Origin: Candidatus Altimarinota bacterium
GTDB lineage: Bacteria; Patescibacteriota; Gracilibacteria; UBA1369
Reading direction: 5' to 3'
DNA: 64,000 nucleotides
Assembly: GCA_041752875.1 (NCBI GenBank)
Contig: JBGSVP010000003.1
Coordinates: 122,803 to 186,802, forward strand
Shown one piece after another: positions 52,998-61,216 of the stretch. The position numbers and the translations under genes are program-made. The notes beneath the pieces are model-generated. The model made no database searches. It was not told the DNA's origin and saw nothing but the letters and a program-made list of their open reading frames with translations. The first letter of the stretch is position 1; the number at the start of each line of letters is the position of its first letter.

Positions 52998-55385
52998 TCA
53001 GGAGCGCCTTCTGTAGCCGACATATTCGTATGTAAGATAAGCAAAAATCATCAAAATCAAAACTGTAACGATAGCCCAGTTAAAATTGATACTGAAGAAA
53101 TAAACTTCAGCCATCATCGTCAGAAGCGCGAAAAAGTTTAAAAGATAGGTAAGGATCCAGAAAGTCCTCGTCTCGCGGAGTTCCGGAAAACTTAGCGGAG
53201 TAAGGCTTTTCAGAAAGAACACCATCGCGAAAAGCATAAATACCCCCATATAAAGAAAAGCCGAAGATATCAAAGGATGATCGTCCGAGGAGAGATGTTC
53301 CATTATATAAGCCAAAACGAAAGGGTGCATAGCCCACACAGAGAAAGTCAGGATTATCCCCAGTGCTAAAATCGCTTTTCTGTGCCAAAAAAGCCGTTCC
53401 ACTTTCTTTACGCCGTCAATCTGCTCCAGGTTTTCGAAAAGCTCCGAAACCTGATTGAAAGTATTCATCGAGACATGAAGTTTACAGATGAAGTGGTTGG
53501 AAAAGAAACTCATATAGGCCTGCGTCTTGATGATGTTGATCTTAAATGTTGAAAGTATCTTCAATATCTTCTCCAGCTGACCGACCGCGTCTTTACTTAT
53601 TACGCGGATGGTAACCATAGTCCCGTTATCCGGCAGTTTTCGCAAAATATTGCGGTCCAGGAAATTGAAAGCACCCAAGGTAACTCGCTCCTGGTCATAG
53701 ATATGGCTAAGCACATCAATAGGCTTGATACTTCCCTCGCCGATTCCCGCCAGAATGTCGTCGAAAGAATTAATCTTTTCGTTCAGATTCAGAAATTCCT
53801 TAATCTTCTTCGCCGGCAAATCTTTGAAAAGCCCCAGCCCGGCCCTGTCCATCTCTTTCTGCAAAAGATTTTTTCCGGTTCGGATCTTATCCTGCTGTGA
53901 GATCCTGCGGAAATATTCGCGGATGCGGTTCCGTGCGATATTCGTTTTCACGAAACCCAGCCAAGCCCTTTCCGGACCTTTGTCGAAATCGGATACGATT
54001 ATCCTCACGATATCGCCGTTCTGAAGTTCATGCGCCATCGGGAGAATATCACCGTTCACGTCGGCCTTCAGGGCACGGTCGCCGATATCCGAATGTATCT
54101 CGTAGGCAAAGTCGATACAGGTAGCCCCCGCAGGCAGATCTATGGATTCGCCCGTCGGAGTAAATACGAAGATGCGGTCATGGAATATGTCGTGCTTCAG
54201 ATCCTCCACGAAATTACCGTCGTAGTCCTCCTCTTTCTGCATCTCGATAATCTTATTCGCCCAATCAGACCGGGAGTCTTCTTCAAGAATGCTCTTCACG
54301 TTTTTCCTGGTTCCATAGAAATAGTGCGCCGCGATGCCATATTCCGCCTCTATATGCATCTGGTTCGTCCGAATCTGGACTTCCGTGGTATACCCGTTAA
54401 TACCGAAAACGGTCGTATGCAAACTCTGGTATCCGTTGACCTTGGGCATGGCGATGTAATCCTTGAACTTGCCTGTCTTCGGCTTAAATGCCGAGTGGAT
54501 AAGGCCAAGAGCCTTGTAACAGTCGTCCTTGTCGTTCACCAGTACGCGCAAAGCGATGAAGTTGTCGAACTCTTCCAGCCTGCGTTGCTGAAGCGCGATC
54601 TTTTTGTAGATACTGAAAATGTTTTTCTGCCGCCCGATTACTTTCGCAGTAATACCGTCTTTTCTAAGCTCCTCCTTCACCTTTTCGATTGTATCATCAA
54701 GAATAGGCTGGTTCTTTAGCCTTACGTTAAGTATCCGCTCCGAAAGACTTTTGAATTCGTCCGGAAACAGATATTTCAGACAAAGATCCTCCAGTTCCGA
54801 CCGGATCTCTTCGATACCCAGCAGGTTGGCGATCGGCACAAAAATCTCCAAAGTCTCACTGGCGATACGCGTACGCTTTTCCGGCGCCTCTATGAAGTTC
54901 AGTGTCCGCATGTTGTGAAGACGGTCGGCCAGCTTGATAAGGATGATACGCGGATCCTGCGCGGTATGGATAAACAGCTTCTTCAGGGAATCCACCTGCC
55001 TCTGCGCCATGTTGTTCTGATAATGCACCTTGGAAAGCTTCGTAACTCCCTCAACTAAAAACGAGACCCTTTTTCCGAACCTGGTCTCGATTTCTTCTAT
55101 CGTCTTTTCAGTATCCTCCGGTACATCATGCAGAATCGCCGCGATAAGTGTGTCTTCATCCGCGTGCAGACCGGCAAGAATCATAGCCGTCTCCAGCGGA
55201 TGCGATATATAGGGTTTGTTCTCCCGACGCATCTGCCCGCGGTGGGCCGCCGCCGCAAAAACGAAAGCCTTGGAAAGTTTTTCGTCGTTTAAAGTGGGTA
55301 GATAACGCTTCACCTCCTTAATAAGAGGATTGGCATCGATACCGAAGTCACCGAGTTCCTTAATGAGCTCTTCCGAAGGACTCAT
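52998..55385 (-). CDS. Bifunctional (p)ppGpp synthetase/hydrolase Rel/SpoT homologue with extra C-terminal membrane domain
   Basis: HD hydrolase domain (HPLETAMILAGL...ILHDVPEDT), synthetase domain (YQSLHTTV), TGS and ACT-like regions, then about 130 aa containing four hydrophobic helices. Confidence 0.9.
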   Translation of the reverse strand: MSPSEELIKELGDFGIDANPLIKEVKRYLPTLNDEKLSKAFVFAAAAHRGQMRRENKPYISHPLETAMILAGLHADEDTLIAAILHDVPEDTEKTIEEIETRFGKRVSFLVEGVTKLSKVHYQNNMAQRQVDSLKKLFIHTAQDPRIILIKLADRLHNMRTLNFIEAPEKRTRIASETLEIFVPIANLLGIEEIRSELEDLCLKYLFPDEFKSLSERILNVRLKNQPILDDTIEKVKEELRKDGITAKVIGRQKNIFSIYKKIALQQRRLEEFDNFIALRVLVNDKDDCYKALGLIHSAFKPKTGKFKDYIAMPKVNGYQSLHTTVFGINGYTTEVQIRTNQMHIEAEYGIAAHYFYGTRKNVKSILEEDSRSDWANKIIEMQKEEDYDGNFVEDLKHDIFHDRIFVFTPTGESIDLPAGATCIDFAYEIHSDIGDRALKADVNGDILPMAHELQNGDIVRIIVSDFDKGPERAWLGFVKTNIARNRIREYFRRISQQDKIRTGKNLLQKEMDRAGLGLFKDLPAKKIKEFLNLNEKINSFDDILAGIGEGSIKPIDVLSHIYDQERVTLGAFNFLDRNILRKLPDNGTMVTIRVISKDAVGQLEKILKILSTFKINIIKTQAYMSFFSNHFICKLHVSMNTFNQVSELFENLEQIDGVKKVERLFWHRKAILALGIILTFSVWAMHPFVLAYIMEHLSSDDHPLISSAFLYMGVFMLFAMVFFLKSLTPLSFPELRETRTFWILTYLLNFFALLTMMAEVYFFSINFNWAIVTVLILMIFAYLTYEYVGYRRRS

Positions 55386-55455
55386 AGATAAGGTTGCAGA
55401 TTAGTGTAAATTATGGCATATACATACAGTACAGTCAAATTTTTCCGACCCTAAA

Positions 55456-56694
55456 ATGAAGAAAAAGGTTCTGGTAGGCATGTCCGGCGGAATCGACTCG
55501 TCGGTAACGGCTTGCCTACTGCAAAAACAGGGATATGAAGTAGTGGGAGTCCACATGCGTTTCTGGTCCGAAAAAGACATCGAAGACAAGATCCGCCGCG
55601 AAAACCGCTGCTGCTCCATAGAAAGCTGGGAACTAGCCGCCGAAATCGCCAAAAAGATCGGAATCGAATTCCACGTTCTGGACGTGGAAAAGGAATTCAA
55701 AGAAACCATCGTCGATTACTACCTAACAGACATCAAAAACGGCAACACTCCCAACCCCTGCATAGAATGTAATCGCAGAATAAAGTTCGGAGCGTTCCTG
55801 GAACTGATGGAAAGGATGGGCGCGGATTACGTGGCGACGGGACACTATGTACGCAGGGTGGAAAGGCAAATAGCGGAAGATTGCGCACCCGCGGACAAAA
55901 GCGCGGACGGGGAAGATGGCAATACCCGCGGCAAAAGTAAAACAAAATACGAACTTTGGACAGCCGCGGATAAAGCCAAAGACCAAAGCTACTTTTTATA
56001 CACGCTAACACAGGAAAAACTAGCCCACACCCTATTCCCGCTTGGAGAATACACAAAACCGGAAGTAAGAAAGATGGCCGCTGAATTCGGCATAGACTTC
56101 ATCAACAAAAAAAAGGAAAGCCAGGACATCTGCTTCATCCCGGAAGAAACACCAGGCCCGTTTTTGCAAAGAAACCTGGACAAGAGCGCCTTCGAACCGG
56201 GCCCGATAATGAGCGTGGACGGAGTCAGGCTGGGGATGCACAGGGGGTTACCGCTATACACCATCGGCCAGCGCAAAGGTATAGGATTGGGCGGCATAAA
56301 AGGCGATGCCGAAGGCGAGCCGTGGTACGTGACAGGAGCCGATGTCGCAAACAACACACTGATAGTAGGGAAGGAAAAGGATCTGTATAAGAAAAGCGTA
56401 AGGTTGAAAGAGGTCACGTTCATAGACGAACCGATAGAAGGCGATTTGGAGGTGAAGATACGGTATAGGTCGGTGGCATGTGCGGCGAAACTGCAACTGG
56501 ATTTGGAAAATAGTCAAAATAGTTTTGGAGTAGGTCTGCCCGGGCAGACCGGAGATTCGTTCGGTGCGTCTCTTAAAGCACAGACCGGCATCCTGGAATT
56601 CGCCAACCCTCAAAGGGCCGTCACGGCAGGGCAATCGGCGGTTTTTTATAGAGGAGAACAGGTGATTGGAGGGGGAGTGATGGAGTCAGAGTAA
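55456..56694 (+). CDS. mnmA: tRNA-specific 2-thiouridylase MnmA
   Basis: PP-loop VLVGMSGGIDSSV, CSIE/NPCIECN cysteines, KDQSYFLY and QSAVFY. Two apparent low-complexity insertions (ADKSADGEDGNTRGKSKTK and NSQNSFGVGLPGQTGDSFGASL). Confidence 0.9.
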   Translation: MKKKVLVGMSGGIDSSVTACLLQKQGYEVVGVHMRFWSEKDIEDKIRRENRCCSIESWELAAEIAKKIGIEFHVLDVEKEFKETIVDYYLTDIKNGNTPNPCIECNRRIKFGAFLELMERMGADYVATGHYVRRVERQIAEDCAPADKSADGEDGNTRGKSKTKYELWTAADKAKDQSYFLYTLTQEKLAHTLFPLGEYTKPEVRKMAAEFGIDFINKKKESQDICFIPEETPGPFLQRNLDKSAFEPGPIMSVDGVRLGMHRGLPLYTIGQRKGIGLGGIKGDAEGEPWYVTGADVANNTLIVGKEKDLYKKSVRLKEVTFIDEPIEGDLEVKIRYRSVACAAKLQLDLENSQNSFGVGLPGQTGDSFGASLKAQTGILEFANPQRAVTAGQSAVFYRGEQVIGGGVMESE

Positions 56695-56716
56695 ACAAAT
56701 CAGATAATGCTTAGCC

Positions 56717-57994
56717 TTAAGGCAAACTTTCACACGCTTCACCATCTCCATCAGAGTCAAATTTATGAATATCAGTGCCCTTTTCTGTCATACATTTATC
56801 ATACACAGCCTGAGCATCAGCATGCGTTTTAAAGTCAGTGCAATTATATTTGTTACTGTCACAAGTATAACTGCTTATATCTATCGTACTGCTTTGATTT
56901 TCTTCTAATTCAACTGTTTCTGTGCCTTCCGCGCACGCGTTGTCTCCCCATAATCCTTTTTTGTTTTTCCGGGCATCCAGTTCTGCTTGCTGAAATTCTT
57001 TTTGATATTTATAGGGAATATCGTAAGTGTATTCATGACCATACCCTTCCTCAATCATCATTTTATTGAAATTCGTACCATCTTTTAGGTATACATAACG
57101 AAGCAAACGGTTGTATTTGTCTTTATCGCCTTGAGTTTCGTCTTTTACTAGATTAACACTGGCTCCTGTAAGGACTTCTTTGGCTTTATTAGAAGCTTCT
57201 TTACCAAAACATTGAACAGGCTTTCTTGGATCAACTGTTTCAGGTGTGTCCAGACCAATCAGACGGACTGTTATAGTTTGGCCGTCCATATTCACGCTTA
57301 TTGTGTCGCCATCTATTACTTTTACAACATTATAAAATTTTGTTGCGACATCTGTCGGCGTGCTGGTAGAAAATGGCAATTCACTACTTTCAGCTATTAT
57401 CATGGCCCTGTATATATTCTCACTGATAGCCGCGCGTTTCATTTCATCATTAACTCCATATATATTTCCGCTTTCCTCCAGTAAACCTTTTTCTTTTGCT
57501 GCCGTTATGTAAGGCGCATACCAGTGATTATTATCTACATCACTAAATGACTGGGTATCAATGCTTGCCGGCGTGATGTAACCCTGCGAATTGACAAGCA
57601 TTTTAATCGCCTCAACTTTATTTACTGTTTTTGCAGGCTTAAAAGTTCCGTCCGGGTAGCCGCCGACCCACCCTTTTTCTTTCGCATAACAAACGTAAGG
57701 CGCAAACCATTCTTCTTTTACATCAGGAAAGCAATTTTTATAACCTTGGTCGAGAGTTGGTTTTACATTTTTACCACCTGCAAGTATTTTTAACAGTTCG
57801 GCGCGGTTTAATGTGTTGTTAGGCTTGAAAGTACCATCGGGATAACCGGAAATTACACCATTATCATATAAATATTGAATAGCTGTCTGGTTTTTATTAT
57901 GACTTATGTCACTTAGCTCATTGCCAAATGTTTTTGGAATTAACAAAAAAGAGAATATCCAAAAAATACTAAGAATTTTTATTGTTTTTTTCAT
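56717..57994 (-). CDS. Surface-anchored nuclease: signal peptide + three SLH repeats + SNase domain + C-terminal Excalibur Ca-binding motif
   Basis: SLH repeats (ISGYPDGTFKPNNTLNRAELLKIL, VGGYPDGTFKPAKTVNKVEAIKML, plus a third). SNase blocks VRLIGLDTPE, DKYNRLLRYV and KKGLW. Excalibur-like DSDGDGEACE. Confidence 0.8.
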   Translation of the reverse strand: MKKTIKILSIFWIFSFLLIPKTFGNELSDISHNKNQTAIQYLYDNGVISGYPDGTFKPNNTLNRAELLKILAGGKNVKPTLDQGYKNCFPDVKEEWFAPYVCYAKEKGWVGGYPDGTFKPAKTVNKVEAIKMLVNSQGYITPASIDTQSFSDVDNNHWYAPYITAAKEKGLLEESGNIYGVNDEMKRAAISENIYRAMIIAESSELPFSTSTPTDVATKFYNVVKVIDGDTISVNMDGQTITVRLIGLDTPETVDPRKPVQCFGKEASNKAKEVLTGASVNLVKDETQGDKDKYNRLLRYVYLKDGTNFNKMMIEEGYGHEYTYDIPYKYQKEFQQAELDARKNKKGLWGDNACAEGTETVELEENQSSTIDISSYTCDSNKYNCTDFKTHADAQAVYDKCMTEKGTDIHKFDSDGDGEACESLP

Positions 57995-58077
57995 GATTAT
58001 TGATATCTATATTTGGAAATAATCTAAGCAATCAGGTGGTTAAATCAGTTTTTTATTTCCTCTTTACTATTTACAAT

Positions 58078-58794
58078 TTATTCTTCAAGTTTACTCAATC
58101 TTTTAATTTGCCAATCTCCGTGCCATTCTTTTTCGCCCTTTTTACCTTCTGACCCATCATTTGGATCATCTAAGTATTCGACCTGAAACTGTTTAATGCC
58201 GTTAGACAAGGTTCTGTCTCCTGTATATCTAATTTTTCTGCCGGACAGAACATAAGTCTGTCCAATACTAATTTCTGGGAGTTCCTGCACTCTTTCTGAA
58301 ACCATTTCTGTCGGCAGCCTTGTCTTGGCATCTTCTTCGATTACATTCCCTTGGTGTTTTTTACAATAACCATCAGGCACCTTTTGTCCTTTGAATGGCA
58401 CTACAAATTCTTGAAGAATAAAAGCTACATACTTCTTCTTGTATTCTTTGGCATCCATCGTGCCAACAGTTGGGCAATAAATATTATCCCCGTGCCTTAT
58501 TATCCAGTGTTGAGCTCCAGCAACTTTATCTTTGCCCAATAAAATCCAAATGTGGGGATATGTATAATCTAAGGTTTCCTCTTGTCCAGCAGGGACTGTT
58601 ACTTCTTGCGCCCCTGGAATTGATCTTAAATCAAAAGACGAAACTTCTTGATTGGGAAACAGTTCATGACCATCATAACCCAACATATCAAGACAGGTTT
58701 GCCCACAATCAAAATTACTATTTTGTAGTTTTTGTTTAATCCTTAATTCTTCTTCGGAATGTAATGCTTCGTTAAGTTCTTTTGGAGTTTCCAT
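58078..58794 (-). CDS. Hypothetical protein; possible papain-fold Cys/His peptidase N-domain
   Basis: NFDCGQTCLDMLGY provides a candidate Cys and AQHWIIRHGDNIYCP a candidate His. This is a weak call based on motifs alone. Confidence 0.45.
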   Translation of the reverse strand: METPKELNEALHSEEELRIKQKLQNSNFDCGQTCLDMLGYDGHELFPNQEVSSFDLRSIPGAQEVTVPAGQEETLDYTYPHIWILLGKDKVAGAQHWIIRHGDNIYCPTVGTMDAKEYKKKYVAFILQEFVVPFKGQKVPDGYCKKHQGNVIEEDAKTRLPTEMVSERVQELPEISIGQTYVLSGRKIRYTGDRTLSNGIKQFQVEYLDDPNDGSEGKKGEKEWHGDWQIKRLSKLEE

Positions 58795-59060
58795 AATAAA
58801 TTGTAAATAAAGTATAAATTATAAAAATCTTTCTATTTCATATAACTGGTTATTATACGAAGTATCTTAATATTAACATAGTAATAGTTACAACACTTAT
58901 GTTGTTTGTTCAATGCAATTTTAGGGCTTAAGCAAGCCATAAATTGAGTTATACTCCCCCGCACTTTCCCCTCCCGCGCCACTCCAAAACAGCGACATCA
59001 TGGCTTGTTTTTGCTATATTTAGTACCTACAACATAAAGACATTCTTAACAAAACACCCC

Positions 59061-60161
59061 ATGCCAAACCACCACGAAACGCAGTGTGCCGCCCCCAGCG
59101 CGACACTAACCGACGAAAGACTTTTCTCCCTCTGTCGGATGTACGGAACGCAGGCGCTTGAAGCCCGCAGGAAATTTCTTGGGCTTTTGCCGGAGGTTAA
59201 TAGGCGGCGTTTGTATGAGAAGAAAGGGTTTAGTTCGATTTTTGTTTTTGCTTTTCGGTTGGCTGGAGTGAGTGAGGAGCAGGTGCGCAGGGTTTTGAAT
59301 CTGGAAAGGCGGTTCAGGGATAAGCCGATGTTGCAGTCTTTGCTTATCAACGGGGAGGTCAGCATGAACAAACTTGTGCATGTCGCGGCAATCGCTACGC
59401 CGGAAAATCAGGAGGAGCTTGCGGATAAACTTAAACTTCTGCCGAAAAGCGCGATTGAGACGCTGGCGAGGGACGTCCGGCGGGAGAGGGATGAGGCGGC
59501 GGGTGGAGTCCTCAAATGTCATTCCCGTGAAAATGGGAACCCAGAGAGTCTTCTTACTGGCTCCCCAATCGGTTCGGAGATGACAACAGAGTCGGGGATG
59601 ACTGCAGGTGCGGCCGAAATGATAAGCGGGAATTCAAGTGTGACCGATAACCTTGATGCCATCCAGAAGCCACTATTCGACTGTAAATCTGTTCCCGGGA
59701 ACACGCAAACGTCATCTATCGACCTTGATGTCAAATTGATGGCAACGCTGGACGCCGAAGTTAAATCGCGTCTGATGGAGCTCTCGCAAAAAGGCATCGA
59801 CATCAATGACCTTATTATTGAGATGCTGAAGAACCGCGAGGTCGAAATCGCCCGGACCAAAGAGCAGATATCCACAGATGTAGCCGCAACCACCGCAACA
59901 AAGGCTTCGCGCAACATCCACGCTCGTGTGATAAGAGTATTGCGCCGGGAATACGGTAAAAAATGTTCAATTCCAAACTGCCCGCACGACGCGAAAACTA
60001 TTCACCACACTCAACGTTTCGCGGTCAGTCGTGCGCACGACCCGCACTTCCTGGCTCCGCTTTGTCATGAACACCACCTGCTTGCCCACGCGGCGGACAC
60101 ACGGTTCTGGGAAAGACGCCGTGGCGTGACATATGGAATAAGCAATTCTTTTCCCATATAA
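59061..60161 (+). CDS. HNH endonuclease-domain protein (DUF222-like N-terminal region)
   Basis: The C-terminal CSIPNCPHDAKTIHHTQRFAVSRAHDPHFLAPLCHEHHLLAH is an HNH/His-Me finger pattern. I moved the start to the ATG at 59061. Confidence 0.7.
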   Translation: MPNHHETQCAAPSATLTDERLFSLCRMYGTQALEARRKFLGLLPEVNRRRLYEKKGFSSIFVFAFRLAGVSEEQVRRVLNLERRFRDKPMLQSLLINGEVSMNKLVHVAAIATPENQEELADKLKLLPKSAIETLARDVRRERDEAAGGVLKCHSRENGNPESLLTGSPIGSEMTTESGMTAGAAEMISGNSSVTDNLDAIQKPLFDCKSVPGNTQTSSIDLDVKLMATLDAEVKSRLMELSQKGIDINDLIIEMLKNREVEIARTKEQISTDVAATTATKASRNIHARVIRVLRREYGKKCSIPNCPHDAKTIHHTQRFAVSRAHDPHFLAPLCHEHHLLAHAADTRFWERRRGVTYGISNSFPI

Positions 60162-60366
60162 CCTTTCTCATGAGTCATAGGTACCTTCCCCCTGCCTCCC
60201 CAGCGCCATCACATGATTTCGCCGATTGTCTCTATGCCTAGCTTTAGATATACGACTTTACCGATATCCCTAAGATATTTCATCGCTTCATTGCTTAAGA
60301 CGACACTTCCTCCGGTCGCTATGCTTTCTTGGGATCGGGAAACACCTCGATCGAAGGTCGTACCCT

Positions 60367-61005
60367 TTAAGTTTCTCTATCTTTACGCGAATACGAATAC
60401 ATGCTTTCCAGTTCATCCCACCTCGAAGGAGTATTACTAAGAATAGAAAAAGTATGATTATCGACTTTAATGTTATCAACACAGACTTTCATCAATTCCA
60501 GAAACTCATCATTCGTCAATTTCATATACTCATCAGCAGTCATCGTCCGATTTCCATTAAACGAATCTGGCGCCGTATCCTTTTGCTCTTCCTTCAGACC
60601 GTACGCGCCACAGATTACATTTCGGGTGTGTTTTTTTACGTCATCCTGCAATTTTTCCATCTCACGTTCTTCTTTGCTCTTCGCCAGAAATTTATTGAAC
60701 ACCGCTTCCGAGCCCGGAGTCAGCTCAAATTCATTTTTCTCTTTTCTGTTAAACAAAGTCTTCTTATCTTTGCCATCCAGAAAACAGGCGACAGGAGTAT
60801 GATTAAACGTCAGCTGGTATTTTGGCCCAAACTTATCTTTGACGCGGACCACAAACAATTTGGGAGCCTTTCTTCCATTCTTTTCACGAGCATCGGCCCA
60901 TAACAGAAAATCCAGAATGGGCACAAGACTCAAATCAATTATCGTCTTCTGTTTCTCGAGCAGTTTCGGATGCGCATTTTCCTCATGATTAAGTGATTCA
61001 CGCAT
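60367..61005 (-). CDS. Hypothetical protein (212 aa)
   Basis: ORF with coding-like composition and no recognisable motif. Confidence 0.5.
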   Translation of the reverse strand: MRESLNHEENAHPKLLEKQKTIIDLSLVPILDFLLWADAREKNGRKAPKLFVVRVKDKFGPKYQLTFNHTPVACFLDGKDKKTLFNRKEKNEFELTPGSEAVFNKFLAKSKEEREMEKLQDDVKKHTRNVICGAYGLKEEQKDTAPDSFNGNRTMTADEYMKLTNDEFLELMKVCVDNIKVDNHTFSILSNTPSRWDELESMYSYSRKDRET

Positions 61006-61216
61006 AGTAGTAACGATTTAAAAATAATTATTTACAAGAGTGTACTTTACTGCATTTTGCTATTTTGTCAACATCTGCCCCCGAAATTATTGACAAAAGT
61101 CGGTGGTGCGTTCGAATCGTTCTTTTCGCCGCTACTGCCGTCTCATTTGTTATCCAAGCCAAAAATATGTTATAATAACAAGAATATATATAAAACACCC
61201 TTAAACAAAAACCAAA

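Noticed and set aside
54030-54719. 229-aa plus-strand ORF
   Set aside because: It is antisense to the Rel/SpoT synthetase domain.
60162-60370. tmRNA gene on the minus strand
   Set aside because: Only a loose 5' resemblance exists. A 350-nt tmRNA would have to overlap the HNH catalytic motif coding region, and no T-arm or ACCA 3' end is present.
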